64,000 bases of DNA, taken from NCBI RefSeq assembly GCF_964204645.1, contig NC_134029.1:12612850-12676849 (forward strand), read 5' to 3'. Positions within the stretch are counted from its first letter, which is position 1. Each line of letters starts with the position of its first letter. The notes under the pieces are model-generated. The model worked only from the letters and a program-made list of their open reading frames with translations. It searched no databases and had not been told where the DNA came from. Origin of the DNA: Tubulanus polymorphus (lineage: Eukaryota > Animalia > Nemertea). Below are positions 24,041 through 37,694 of the stretch, piece after piece. Position numbers and translations under genes: made by a program.

Positions 24041-25468
24041 AGTATCTCACATAATTTGGGGACAGTGTCCGGGCGGCAATAAACTTAACTTCATATCTAA
24101 GGCAGGATGACGCAGTCCAGGTGCCCGGAGGTGGACATGAGACGTGTAGATGGGAGGGTTCTTACATTCTGATTTGAGCTGATAAGCATAACTGATAACT
24201 CGAATAAGCAGCATAACTGATAACTCGAATAAGCATTTAGTAGTGTATGATGCTTGCAAGTTGCACGGAACAGGCTGGCTGGGGATCTTGCATTTATTTA
24301 TACCAGCGGTACAGGATTCCATCCATCAGGAACAACAAGGCAGTAAAACCTTATATGTACAATCTTTATTGTATCCTGGACTGTGAATAATTATCAAAAA
24401 ATCATAGCCAGTATTCGTCTTGATTTTTATGAGAAAAAAAACAAAAAGTCAGTAAAGTCTATTCACAACGAGTTGACGTGCGGCTTTTTGACCACAGGGG
24501 TATCAGTTTACAGTAGTGAACTCTGTTGCAGAGTGCATGCTAAGCCAGTTAAGTGGCTTGTTGCTATGGTTTTGTACACAAATTCAGCAAGAGTGAATAA
24601 CTAGCAAGAATTCACAAGACATGCAGTCATAGGGATATAGAAGAATTTAAGTTTATCTTGTTGTTTTATACACTCTTATTGAATGATGACGTAGAGTTGT
24701 TGGATGGCAAAGCCTGGCAGTGATCCAGATAAAATAGTTGCAGTTGTTAGAAAGGAGAGAATTTCGAGGATTTTGCTCATTTCACAGAATATTCAACGAA
24801 AGAAGATATATTCGAGTTTAACACATATCAAGTCACATATTTTTGTAATACATTTTCACAGAGCTCTAGGCATTTACACAACTGATATTTTTGTGGTTTT
24901 TACCCATAGAGAAGTGGCACTATATTATATCTAGATAATAAGATGGCACAGATTGAACTCCAATCTTCTACCCAGTCACTCTCTTTTGCGGATGCATCCA
25001 TATTATATAGTTTGAATCCAATTCAGACGAAGAATCATCGCTGATATTTATAATGAATTTGTCAACCAAATCATTTGCATTTGAAGCTGACTTTTGTAAT
25101 ATTAAAGAACCGAGTGGTTGGAGATGCAAGTTATGTGTGTGTGTAGTTATGCACTCTTGGTGGACGCTGGGCTGCAGTGGGTCAGCGCAGCTGTGATGGA
25201 TCATTAGTGTAGCAGCTATCTGACAGCTCGCAGCAGTAGCTGCTCTTTGATGTGGAGAAAAAGCCGCACGTCAACTCGTTGTGAATAGACTTTATTTGTT
25301 TGTATTTTTTTGACATTTTGTGGATGGATGGATTCTGACATGTGAAATTGCGATCAATATAATACCACGTTGCTAATACATTTGTATATACCCGAGCTGC
25401 TGTGTGTGTTAGTAATCACCTGAGCGAGTCTATATATAGTACAGTGACTTGGTGATGATATTTTTTTT

Positions 25469-25729
25469 CCATGGGACAAGCCGTCATTTGAAGACACGTC
25501 GAAATGTAAGATGAGGACGCCAGTAATATGGCGACTGAGTTTCAAGTCGTCATGAATATGTCGAATTGTTGTGAGGAAAATGGTTGAGAAAACGAAATAT
25601 GTCGTCAAAACGTCTCAATATGTCGACATATTCATGTCGACTTGAAGCGATATATCGCGATATGTCGACATAAATATGGCGACTTTGTCAATTTGGAACG
25701 CGACAACTCGAGGCGCTTTATCGCTTCTG
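25469..25729. mobile_element. Partial inverted copy of the adjacent GTCGAC-rich MITE
   Basis: Reverse complement of ~25874-26133. Confidence 0.8.
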
Positions 25730-25873
25730 TACTTCCATATATATGGGACCCGTACAAAACCGTCGCAACCTTTTATCACGACGAAATTATGTTGAACAAA
25801 CGTGATATATTGCGATTTATCGACATAATTAAGTCAATATATCGTGTTAATATCCCGATAAATCGTTATACTA

Positions 25874-26285
25874 CGGAAGCGATAAGGGGCCTCGAGATGT
25901 CGCGTTCCAGCTCGACAAGTCGTCATATTTATGTCGATATATCGCGATATATGGCGTCAAGTCGACATGAATATGTCGACATATCGTGACGTTTTGACGA
26001 CATATTTCGTTTTCTCGACCACTTTCTACGCGACTAGTCGACATATTCATGACGACTTGAAACTCAGTCGTCATATTACTGGCGTCCTCGTCTTACATTT
26101 AGGCGTGTCTTCAAATGACGGCTTGTCCCGTGGAAAATTGGCAAAAAAGCGAAATTTGTCGTGAAAAAGTCACGATATATCGACATATTCATGTCGACGT
26201 GACGCTATATATCGCAATATGTCGACATAAATATGGCGACTTGTCGAGTTGGAACGCGACATCTCGAGGCCCCTTATCCCTTCCG
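25874..26285. mobile_element. MITE with long TIRs and TA TSD
   Basis: TA|CGGAAGCGATAAGGGGCCTCGAG ... CTCGAGGCCCCTTATCCCTTCCG|TA, with ~140-bp inverted arms dense in GTCGAC/ATATCG motifs. Confidence 0.8.
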
Positions 26286-26654
26286 TATTATACGGATCAC
26301 GCCTTCCACCAATGTCGACGTCTTTATCTCAACATAACCGCGTACCGTCGACACAATTATCGCTCCTTTAGCTAAAATGTTGTGATACGTATGGCAATTT
26401 ATTGAGACAATATCGCAAAAAGTCGACATAAAAATCACGAACATAATGATTCTTAACGACCAATTGTTTATCGAAACTTCATAGCGGATAAATAAACAAT
26501 ATAAACACAAGGTATTTCCGTGATATTTTGAATTTATTCGCATTTTATATTTAGCGCCATTCTCACGAGATTATCAACAACCCGGAAATAAAATCCAAGC
26601 CCATCGCCAAACCCCTGTGATTTTAAGATAAAAAAAAAAAATCACAGCCTCGGA

Positions 26655-27885
26655 GTTATGTGTTTTGGAGCTAGAATGAATTAAGCCATTGCAATTTAAA
26701 GATAGGAATCTAAATTTTTCCAAAATATTCGCCATAATTCTAATTGTGTTGTTTCTAACCTACAAAGTGATAATTAGAGATAAATGTATACATCACCTAA
26801 GAAGCTTTCTTGTTCCTAGATTTTGCTGTTGAACCTTTGGTTAATTGTGTCGTCTTCTTCTGTGGTTTTGTATCTACAGGAGGTGGTGGTTTCGGGCTTG
26901 AACTTTTTTGTGATGACGAGAGTTCTGGTGCTTCCTCTTCGTTATCTTCTCGATTGCTTCCTTCCGGTCTCATGGATGTTGATGATGTCGCCTTTTAAAT
27001 CTTCTTCTTCGGGGTGATTGGTGTCTCCATTTGAGAAGATGGGGATGGTGGCCTTTTCCTCGAATCATCGGTACTGGTTTCTGGTTATCAGCTTTTGACG
27101 ATTCGGCCGATTCTTCACACGACATTGGTTGTTGTTCTGCTGGAGTTGGATTTCTTAACTAGTGAATCTTTGCCGCAATGGTTTGACGGTAGTGAATCTG
27201 TCTACACCGATCTGGGGTATGGGTGGGGTGCGTGCACGAGATGTTGCATTCCACCCACATGTGGTCAAAAGCATTACATATTACGCAGTAATCGGGTTGC
27301 CCTCTGTAGTAAACTCATATCAGCAAAAGACCATAGGCTTTAGTGGACATGGTCATGTGTCTTGGGATTGATGATTTTATGGCCACTTCTAACACTCTTT
27401 TTTGTCCATCTTTAAAGTTGGATTTACCGACGTTCGGGTGGTAAGATCCAGTTAAAATGTTCCCATATGGTTTGATGAGCCTATCTATAACATCATGGGG
27501 GCAATTTGCTGGAACCCCTTCGACTCTGACGATTGTAGGAGTCTCAAATGCCGATCGAAAACTGATTGTAGCATCACGATACTGAATTTTATGTTTCCTC
27601 AAGACTTTTCTCATACTTTTCCGGCGAACCGCAAAAAACTCCCAAGTTATGAAAGTTGAAGTCTATGATTTTCGCTACGCATTCGCGGGTGGTTGCATCA
27701 TTCGTGAGGATTTTGCACATAGCTTCCAGTTCAAGTTTTTGTAATTGAACTCTAATTTTCGGAATTAGCAGAAAGTTCTGAAAGTCCTGTGCCATGGTCG
27801 TGTCATATTTGAAAGTTTTCGCATGTTGAAACAAATCCATAGTCAAGCCGTGTTCTAAAGAGAGCGCGCTGAAAGTACGTCTTAT
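26655..27885 (-). pseudogene. Tx1/L1-clade LINE relic: ORF1 with CCHC knuckle and the start of ORF2 endonuclease
   Basis: Frameshifted ORF1 with VRVEGVP, PYGNI, and after a TGA VYYRGQPDYCVICNAFDHMWVEC. ORF2 starts at 26735 (MANILEKFRFLSLNCNGL, APE motif I) and is truncated soon after. Confidence 0.8.
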
Positions 27886-28787
27886 AAGTGTGTACACAGC
27901 GCTTTCATACATCGGCAGGCGCGCTCATATTGTCAGCCTCATTCATCGTCAATTAAGAGAAACTAATTGACAAATTGAGTGAATTAAAATCTCCTGATGA
28001 AGGGCCTCCGCTTATTGGGCGAAGCTTTATGAAATTCATGTATTTAAGGCTAAAACAACTGCCCTCAGCTTATTAGCCAAGTCGCCTTAATCGCTGGAAA
28101 ATTCGGGTGGTTGTTTTGTCATGAACGCCTGGCTCGTAGGCAGCCTCTCTTTTGGGTGGGTGCGAATTTAGAGAGGGTGGTACTTATCTGATTTTGCGGT
28201 GGACCTACTGCGAGCGCCGTAGGCGCAAAGCTTCTTTAGGCGGGGTTTAGGGGGCCTCCCCCAAGACAATTTTGAAAATAGAAATGCATGTTCATTCAAA
28301 TTTTAGTGAATAGTTCTTATAAAAATGTCACTGAAAAAATGTAATTAATCCTCGAAACATTTTCAGAATGGTCTCATAATCCAACAACACACTCTGGTGT
28401 CTCATCGTTTATGGAGACTTGCATATTTTTTGATAACAGTGTCTATATCTATATCGTAGTTATATGTATGTGAGTAAGAAATTTTCTTTGACAAAAAATA
28501 GTGAAACTCAAAATTTTATAGTGAGGGGGTGCGTTCCCCTGGGTACAGGCCTGTATAGACTAAGTTTTGGCGTGAAAGTTGTTGATGGTTTGCGCATTTG
28601 ATTAAAAAAGTATTGATTTTCATATTTCAGAGGTAATGATAAGTCTTGATTTTGACCAAGGCCTGACAACTATGAACCCTGATTAAGTGAGAACTAGGTG
28701 TCAGACAAGTTGTAGACATCAGGACTCACAAACTAACATCTAGTGACATGTTTGAGAGACACATATCAATTATTGATCAACAGTAAA

Positions 28788-29449
28788 CCAGGAAGAAAGA
28801 CACTCTAAACATTTGGATGGATATATGAAAGCTGTGGGTACTGGAGTGTGTAATGGGTAGTGTAGTGTGATCTGTGTGCATTTGTGGCCAGCACACAGAT
28901 CACATTGTTCAATGGGGTTTGGTACAGGACTCGCGAGATTTTCAACAACACGGAAGTAACGTGTAATAAATGATGACTTGCATGACTACCTACCACCCCT
29001 CATTATTGTTGGAAAACTAAACGTTCGGCACTGACTAAAAATTAGTAATAACATTTTAGAAATGGCCAGAATTTTAACTTAGGTTCTATCTCATTTTTAT
29101 TTTACAAATGCGATTGGTATAATTTTTTTTTAAACGGCCGTTAAGGTTTCATGTTTCGTCTGCAATTCACTGCAAATAGTTACGCAACTACGCGCATTTC
29201 AGTGTTTTTGGCAGCTGTACACTCAATCGGCACCGTTCGTGACTAGCTTCACTGCGGAATTATCATTAATTAACATCGCCATATCACATCATTAACTTAT
29301 ATTGTGCCTTAAAACCCTAACAGCCGAAATAATTGAAATGCACACACGATTTCTATCATTGAAAATTGAGAGAGTGGCCATGTTTGTATTTGCTGTTTCG
29401 CGTAAATCCCCCGCGGTGGCGCAACCGCACGGAGTGGGGCCGATACGTC
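28788..29449 (-). repeat. Inverted, internally deleted copy of 6002-7781
   Basis: Junction near 29101 fuses the two segments over an A-run microhomology. Confidence 0.85.
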
Positions 29450-29771
29450 TAGAGCTGATTACAATGAATGCACATTGAGAAAATTTTAAATATTGAATTA
29501 TATTTGATTGTACATTTAAATACCAGCTGGACCAGAGTACCAAATTTTTTATGGGTTATTGACCACATTTATCATTTATTATTTCTGACCACATTTGAAG
29601 GAAATATCCCAGCAAGTGGGAGTTGAAATGTCATTGTATAAATGATGATGAAATGAATTTATGTCTGACTTCTTAGCTACGGAAGTAGATGAGTTTGAGG
29701 TGTCCAGTAGATACCCACACAGTATTCATCATTTTATGGTCCCATAACCCTTGTAGATATTTTCATTTTAG

Positions 29772-29935
29772 TTGAGTAACCCGGACGCAAAATTGAGAAG
29801 AGATGTGATCATGTACAGAGCCTACCTTGCTCAGAAAAAATATGGCGTTGTTTTGGATGAAATATCATCGGGTTCACCCGATGAATTACAAGCAGTACAA
29901 ATGTTTGCTTACTATCTGTCCGACTATTCTAAAAG
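29772..29935 (+). CDS. COPE: Coatomer subunit epsilon, internal exon
   Basis: ttttAG|TTGAGT...AAAAG|GTaaag encodes LSNPDAKLRRDVIMYRAYLAQKKYGVVLDEISSGSPDELQAVQMFAYYLSDYSK(R), matching the COPE motif RDVxxYRAYLAQxKxGVVLDEI...ELQAVxMFA. Confidence 0.92.
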
Positions 29936-30375
29936 GTAAAGTACCTATTGACTGCTTTGTATGCTGCAAGACGCAAATACAACATAACCCTTATGGCTAG
30001 TGACAGTGAGGGGGTACTCGACAAAAGAATAATTTTGAAATTTTGAGAATTTGGTGAGTTGAATAATGAAATCCATTAAATTAATCATAAAAAATCACAA
30101 TGCAATGGTATTTTGATTGTTGTTGTGGTATTGTGTATTTTAGGTCACAATACCAGTGTAATCATTAATTTGGATGAGAAAACACCACTTCTGTTTGTCT
30201 TATATCCACCTGAAAAAATGTCACTTTCTTTTTGGGGACCTTCAAATTTAGGGGGGTGGTCAGGACCCCCTTCTAAATCTGCCCCTGATAGCATATGTGT
30301 GTTGTGAAGTTGGTCATTCACACATAACTCTAAAAATATGTTACACTAAAAATCACTCTAAAAATGTGAATGAAC

Positions 30376-31399
30376 TTTTTAGCTCCGCTGTGAACGAAGG
30401 TCAGTGGAGCTAAAAAGTTGTTAGAAAGCGGAGCTAAACGGCTGTTGTCCGTCCGTCTGTCAACTTTTGCTACAGTTTGCTACTAGTGCTACAGTTCTTA
30501 TCTCATCTTGACCAAACTTGGTGTGAACCTAATATGGGCCGAGGGCTAAAAAAAAGTTATAGAGCCGTTTTCCCAATTTGATCTCTAGGGGTGCTGTACG
30601 GGTGGCGCTTGTAAAATCTTTAAATCAATACTTGTTCTACAGTTGTAGTCCGATGTTTACGAAACTTGGTATGTAGATACAATGGGCCAAGGGCTTAAAA
30701 GTTATAGAGCGGTTTTCCTAACTTACTATCTAGGGGGCGCTGTACGCGTGGCGCTTTAAATCTTTAAATCTTTAAATGGGTAATTGTGTCCTGCGATTAT
30801 AATCCGATCTTGACGAAACTTGGGTAATAGATACTACAGGCCAAGGGACAAAATGTGATAGAGCCGTTTTCCCAATTTGACCTTTAGGGAGCGCTGTACA
30901 GGTCACACTTGTAAAATCTTTAACTTGCCCGCTGCCCTACAGATTATATAATCTGGTATTGACGAATCTTGGTATGTAGATACTATAGGCCAGGGCCAAA
31001 AGGTTATAACGCCTCTTTTAAAATTTGACCTTTAGGGTGTGCTGAAGGCATGGCGCTTGTATGATTTTCAAATCACTTCTCCTAGAATTAATGTCCAATC
31101 TTGACGAAATGTGGTATGTCAATATGATGGGCCAAGGGCTAAAATGTTATTGAGCCATTTTCCTAGTTTGACCTCTAGGAGGTGCTGCACAGGTCATACT
31201 TGTAAAATTTTTCAATTGCTATTAGTCCTACAATCATTATCCGATCTTGACAAAGCTTGGTATGTAGCTACTATAGGCCAAGGGCTAAAAAGTTATAGAG
31301 CCATTTTCTGGATTTGAACACTGGTGAGCTGTGTAGGTGGTCCTTGTAAAATCTTTTCATAAAACAGCAGAGCAATATCAGCCAACAGGCTGCTTGTTT
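30376..31399 (+). mobile_element. Complete HINE-like element (family B) with six ~148-bp internal repeats
   Basis: Starts TTTTTAGCTCCGCTG, has GTCCGTCCGTCTGTC microsatellite, units at ~30537/30686/30839/30987/31130/31277, a 3' subTIR CAGCAGAGC and hairpin CAGCCaacaGGCTG before CTTGTTT. Confidence 0.8.
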
Positions 31400-31545
31400 A
31401 ATAGAATCCTGGCCATGGCACCAGATCCCTTAAAAAACAGGTATGAATTTAATTTTTACTAAAATTGGGCCTGCCAGGCTGGAAATAAAACTAAGAGTTA
31501 TTTTGGGAAGGTGCTGGAAATAAAACTAAGAGTTATTTTGGGAAG

Positions 31546-33150
31546 GCGCTTCAATGTAATGTCTTGATATTTGGGTTACACATGTTTCTACCGTAGACAC
31601 ATTTTTAGCCCAAAAACTGGCCCTGTCATAATCAAGATTGCTGACTATCATCCATTGTTTGCTAAAATCACTTCTTTTTACTCATTTTTGAACTTTTTGA
31701 GGGAAACTTAGAAGACGCTTTTACCAATTTCCGTGATATTTCATACATATTCAAATCCCCCAAGTCCCCTTCAGCATAAGAAAAATTGGGTTGACCGGAC
31801 TCAAGAGGGCTGTCCTTTTAGTGCTTTTTGGCCCGAATTCTGAGTCCTGTAGCTTCCTACTGGTTCGATATCTCTCATTCAGGGCTGCCAACCCTTCCGA
31901 ATTATTCGGAATCCTCCCGATTTGCGTGAAGAAATTCCGACGATACGATCGGGTATACAAAATTCCGACTTTTTTTTTCTTTTTCGGCGATGTCCGATTT
32001 TCCACCCGCCAGCGCGTTGTAACACAATATGATGATTTGGTAGAACAGAATTGAATAGGTGGGGAATTTATATGCACGCCCGCGGTGGATGAGTGCGTGG
32101 CTATATACTGTGTACGTGGGTCAGGCGATAAACAGCGCTTACTAGCGCGCGCGTGCGTGCGTGTGTGTGTATGAGAGTAGCTGTGTTATTGATTTTACCT
32201 ACGCATGGCGTACGATTATTTCGTAGTAGGAGAGCAGCTTTTTAATTTGTTTCAAGAATAAAAATAAATTTCATTCGTTTTAAAATACGTTGTTTTCAAT
32301 CATTTTTGTGAAAATATTATGACATGTGGCAAAATGTGATTGTTATTGTCAAATTGCTCCGCATCGTTTCGGAGAAGAATCAGTTTACTGCGGTAATTAG
32401 CTCGTTTTCGCAGCGCGATTAGCATTCGAAGATCCGGGTTAGATTTCAACGTGTGGACTCTTTGAAATGTTTCGGTAAGCAATTGCTTTGCTAGTTTGAA
32501 CCTTAATGTTGTCACTCTTGTGTTAGTTTGATTTAAAAAGATAATTTAAGATGCTTTTGAGCAGTGCATCTCAAAGTAAACTTTTAGTTCGCATATTTGG
32601 CAGATGGCAGCACCATCGAGTAGCATGTAGATTTAGAGACTTTTTACTGTTTGTATCTTTCAGTTCTGTACGTGGAGTCTCTCTTGGACAGTATCGTGGA
32701 ATTGATGCTGGAAATGGATATATTCGCATGACAGCTGTATAGTGTTATGTAATTCGTTTGACAATTTATGCCAGTTTTATGTTCTTATTTTTTAGTCTAT
32801 TGTATATTTTTGATAAACACTGTTGATTTTTATCTTTCATAAAATAATAAAGAAAAAATACATTCTGTAGAATTTGCTGATTTTTTATTTTGCTAATAAT
32901 TCCATATTTTCATATCCAGCTTTCATATATTACACGTGAAAGGTATTCCTAATTGAAAGCAAAATATTCCTACTTGGAAAAGTCACAATTTCTTCGGTTT
33001 CGATATATTCCTATTGAAACCTTCAATATTCCTAATTAATCTGCCATTCATCCCTAAATGGAATTTTGAAAGGTTGGCAGCCCTGCTCATTGCAATTTGT
33101 GATGGGTATTCTTTGGAAAGGGATATTTGATACCTGCAGTGTTTTTATTG
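31546..33150 (+). mobile_element. HINE family A fragment interrupted by a 1.2-kb TIR element
   Basis: 31546-31879 and 33092-33150 are colinear with 3680-4100. Confidence 0.75.
31880..33085. mobile_element. Non-autonomous hAT-like element with 6-bp TSD
   Basis: TIR CAGGGCTGCCAACC/GGTTGGCAGCCCTG. CTCATT flanks both sides, and the empty site in other family A copies (~4028, ~40976) has a single CTCATT. Confidence 0.88.
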
Positions 33151-33741
33151 ATAGCCGGGTGTTTGGTCCAAGACCCTTTAGACCCAGCTGATTTTTTCAA
33201 TCCGACATCGTTCCCGAATGGCTTTTGTCGGCTCTCAGCACGACTGTTTATTTTGCTGGTTAGAAATATTTTGTTAATGCATATATACTTCGGCTGCCGG
33301 GGAATGACAAGGCTGTTGCTACAGGATTCCATTTGTAGCGGGCCTTGCAATCATTGAATTATCAAAAGGGAAATTCTAGGCCTTATAATCAGCATTGGTC
33401 TTCAAAATCGATTTAGGGCCTTCAATTTTAAACCGTCGCAAATCGGGGGGGGGGGGGTAGGGGGTTTGTTGTCGGCGTAATATCTGGGATACTCATTCTG
33501 GATCAGGCATCATTAGCGATAACAAAGGCCTACTGAACCGTAAAAGCGTTCTATTTTTATAGTGCTACGATCTCTGATCAGAACGTGTGCGTGTGTGTGT
33601 GTGTGTGTGTGTGCGTGCGTGCGTGCGTGTGTAAATACATGTAAAAAATCAATAATCTTATACGTGAAACTTATTAGCGGGCGCATAACCCACCACCGCC
33701 TCTACCTGGCTGCCTGTTTTAAGCATTCCGCGCCGTGTTTT

Positions 33742-33940
33742 TTTTTATGGGTTTCGTCGTCAGACGAACCCATCTATGGCATCGTCGTCATGTCTGTCTG
33801 TCCGTCTGTGGATGTTTCTTTATGACACGATTTAAGCTGTTTGTGTGGACAATTCTGTAATTTCACACAGGTATTCTCTACTTGATGTAGATGGTGCAGC
33901 TTGGTTTATATTTGATTCCGATGGTTATAAGTGCTCTAAT
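33742..33940 (+). mobile_element. HINE-like 5' fragment (family C)
   Basis: T-run, hairpin GGGTTTCGTC-gtca-GACGAACCC, then GTCTGTCTGTCCGTCTGT. Confidence 0.5.
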
Positions 33941-35299
33941 TTGGTTAAAAGATAATTACAGTTACTCGCTAGTTCAAGCCGCTGTATAGCGCGTTGCTAC
34001 GACGACGCTCAATCAACATACTGGTACTCGCTGTGTTATACTGAACACGTATATACCTGTAGATATTGATCGTACTAGTACCAGTTTTAGATAGCGCGCG
34101 CGCTGATCGGTCTTAACACTTCTCGGAACTGCTGTGCTAAATGCTGAGAGGCCAAATCTATGCGCAATCATTTATTGGGCTCGTCACATTTGATAGTGAA
34201 TGGATAAATAACCGGTGTCAATGACGGTCGCTACTCCTTATCAGTATAACTCATCAGTATAAGAAATAATTCTTTCGAGTTTTTTTTTTCAATCCCCGAA
34301 GTTGTTGTTACTATGTTGACCTCGCCGTTTTATAAGCTTACCGATGATTCTTCTAGTATTTTCAGGGTCACAAGACATGACGAAGTCGCAAAGTTTTGTA
34401 CAAATTTCACGAAACAAACAATTATTTTGGCGGCACCTGATCTATTGATTAATTATGATAAATAATGTTTATTTCATTAAAAATTTGTTTTATTCAAACA
34501 CTACTTTCATCGCACATAGCGTGATCGGTAGGCCCTACTATTCTACTGTAGGCCATGACTCTTTCATGTGGTAGGCCTATTACAAATGATACAATCCGCG
34601 TGTCCGTGAATAAGTGACACGTGGTGGGGCGGGTTGTGAGGAGCATCGAAACTAATCCGTCACAAATAATAGATAGAAAACAATACCTTAAGAGGTTAAC
34701 TTTTATTAACATCATTACCAAATCAAAACCTGCACATCCTATCATAAATAGAAATTCTAAGAATTTATTTCAAAGAATAATAAATTACGTCTAAATATTG
34801 GGATTCGAACTCGTAGCATCGATTCAGGTGCCTTTCCCAAAGTGGGTATCCCGCGGGGAAAACCCATTACTATTTATATCGAGAATCGCCTTTTTGACAG
34901 CGAGTTCGGTGAATGAAACGGAAACAATTACACAGAAACCCATCATGGAAAGTTTCTTTCTGGTTTATACAGGGGTGCTATTTATTAGCGGTTAGCTTGT
35001 CACTCATGGATCATTAGATCATAGACAGGTGTTCTTCTGTAGACCTAGGCAAAAAAACACAAAGATATAGTTAAAGACAGAAGGAGTAATTTTAAACTAC
35101 CAGGTATGCATCCTTTGTTTTTGAACGAGGCCTTAAACTTTGGCCAGCCGGTACTCGAGTTTGTTCCGTAGAAAAGACTGCAGCAGGATTTTCAGAATTT
35201 ATTTGCAGCTTTTAGATACAATATTAAGATCATATGATAAATAAAAACAGACACTCGATTGAGTCGTTAATTGTTTACCTTACCGGGTCTTCAACATCA

Positions 35300-36354
35300 C
35301 AGCAGGAGAAACGTCATTGCAAGTGTTTAAAGATTCACCGTCCACTGAAAACGCGAGCAGTCTTCCGAAAGTTGATTCTTTCATTCCAGTGCAGGACTGG
35401 ATTCTTCATTCTGAGGCTATGCTACTTGCATTCATTGCTGACAAAAGCTAGCCATTTAGCATTGTTCCGGATGTGATAGATCTGACTAAAGCCTTAAGTA
35501 AAGACAGAAATGCCCTGTCACACTTGAAACTGTCCAGAGGTACAGCATCGTACAAAATGAAACATGGCTTGACCAAGACATTTTCAGATCAGGTGAATGG
35601 AGAACTGAATGAGAACCTTTTCTCTCTTAACATCGATGAAGCATCGAGCTTAAATCTGAAAAAAGTTCTTTCTATTATGGCCAGTTTTTATTCACCAGTC
35701 GAGAAAAAGATCGTGTTTCAGCATGTCTCGTCTCTTGAAATCATCTCAGCGAATAGTGATCTCAGCGAATAGTGAAAGTATTTATAACGAGGTCATTGGT
35801 GAGTTGGACCGTCGGCAGATATCTTATGATCGTTTTATAGATGAGTGGTGGCAGGTGGCTAAGGGACATCCCCACCTTTCAAAAATGGCATTTGCTCTCC
35901 TAAGTTGTTTTACATGCCCATTAGTTGAAAGTTCATTTAGCGAAATGTTGAATATTATGGATACCACATCCGACCGGTTGAATGTATCAACATACAGTGC
36001 GTTACAGACTGTGAAGTATTCATTGGCTGGAAAGTCGGCTGTGGATTTTTTCTATAGAGATGACATTCCCCGCGATCCCATCCATCCCAAGGTTTGAACG
36101 TAAACATGACAACAGCTGCACAGGTTTATCACCAAAAACTCGAGGAAAAAAGAAGGAATCTCATTTAAAGGCGATCCAAACACGGACAACTGAAACAATC
36201 TCAAAAACGAAAAGCAAGAGAAACGAATATCGAGACGGCATAAAGAGCTAGGATATCCGATACAGCAGCCGCCCAGGCCAAATCAAAAAGGGCTGAGCGG
36301 AATGCCATTCTTCAGAAATTAGCAGAGAAGCGCTGGCGGAACAGTAGAAATTGA
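35300..36354 (+). pseudogene. hAT-type transposase relic with internal deletion
   Basis: LKLSRGTASYKMKHGL, FSLNIDEAS, then the dimerisation-domain-like DEWWQVAKGHPHLSKMAFALLSCFTCPLVESSFSEM. Confidence 0.78.
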
Positions 36355-37029
36355 ATCTCGGCTAATATTCTTTGTATTAACGGCTAAAATGCGTGTTTGT
36401 TTTGTTAGAACTATCTATTCAATGCGTGAAATGCCAGATGAGAGATGAATAAACAATGGTTTCTAAAATGAATTTAATCTAAATTGAATCTAATTGAGTC
36501 CATGGTTAAACTGATAATTGCGGAACCTCAATCCTGTGTATTGCTGTGTATTATTTTATGTGGCATCATATACTGTATATGGCAAATTAAATCATTAGAT
36601 ATCTGTTTTTGTGTGAGGAAATAATATTTCAGTTCATACCCTTATCGGATTTTCATTTTGTTATCGGTTGTCCCGGAATTAATTTCAGAAACTGTGACTT
36701 AATATTTCGAAGGCTCAGAAATGAGAATCGTATCCCATAAGCAATGGACCGCGCCCACGTTGAAATAAGAATTCCGGAGTACCGATTGCTAGCGCCACGA
36801 TGTTCGCATGCCTTAACATATCATGCATCAGTAACGACTGCTAGCGCAACTGCGTTTGTATAGCGATCACTTTTCTCTATTGCAATTTTGGAATAATATA
36901 CATGTATCGTCAGTAAATTATTAAATGTTTTCCATTATCAACACCCATGTTCAAGTACCTGTGGTAAAAATCAGTTTCCTGATAAAATGTATCCAAATTT
37001 TTTCGGATGACCTCAGGCCAAACTCCCCT

Positions 37030-37427
37030 TTTGTTCTCCGAAAATTGGAAGAATAAGAAAAAGTGGCCGAAAATTATTAACAACAAAGAACTGCATAAAA
37101 GAATGGAATACTGTGCCCTGGAGTGATATCATAACCAGAAGACGACTAACTTGGCCTGGACATCCGATACGCCTACCATCTGAAACGCCACGTAAAGTGT
37201 AAAGCACTACGAGAGTCCTTGAGACCAACTGAAAGACCCAGAGGACGACCCCGTAAAACCTGTCTGTCAAACATTAAACAAGATCTTTCTATGATTAGCA
37301 TAAACCTTTACAATAGAACAACAGATATTGAACCCCTAAAACAAATTACAGATCGTGAGCAGTGGAGAAATAAAGTACACAACATCTTGGCGCAGCAGCG
37401 CTTGCTGATGTGACTGATTGATTGATT
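37030..37427 (+). pseudogene. 3' end of an RTE-type LINE
   Basis: ITRRRLTWPGHPIRLPSETPRK then RPRGRPRKTCLSNIKQDL...DREQWR, ending in a (GATT)n tail. Confidence 0.75.
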
Positions 37428-37694
37428 GCACTTCCAACTCAGACAGTTGAAGATAATTTTGTGACATTTGATGGATGGGTTATCCTAGAGTCCTTTGTTA
37501 AATGATTAGATTTTGGGTCCTCAGGTCAAAGGTCAATGTCCCCAGAAGCTGTCCTGTATCTTTTATTTCCTGCCTTCATGGACAGGTGGACATACTCTCA
37601 GGGTTTATTTCACCTGATATGGGGCATCAGTCATCTCCACCAGTCGCATTCGCCCAACCAGACTGGGTAATCTGATTGTGTGAATATTTTTCAG

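Noticed and set aside
24960-25210. Acidic peptide resembling a piggyBac/Harbinger N-terminus
   Set aside because: Low complexity with no catalytic motifs, so it cannot be assigned.
27990-28030. Second hammerhead-like motif (CTGATGA...GAAG)
   Set aside because: The GAAA core is broken, stem II is poor, and no Penelope ORF is adjacent.
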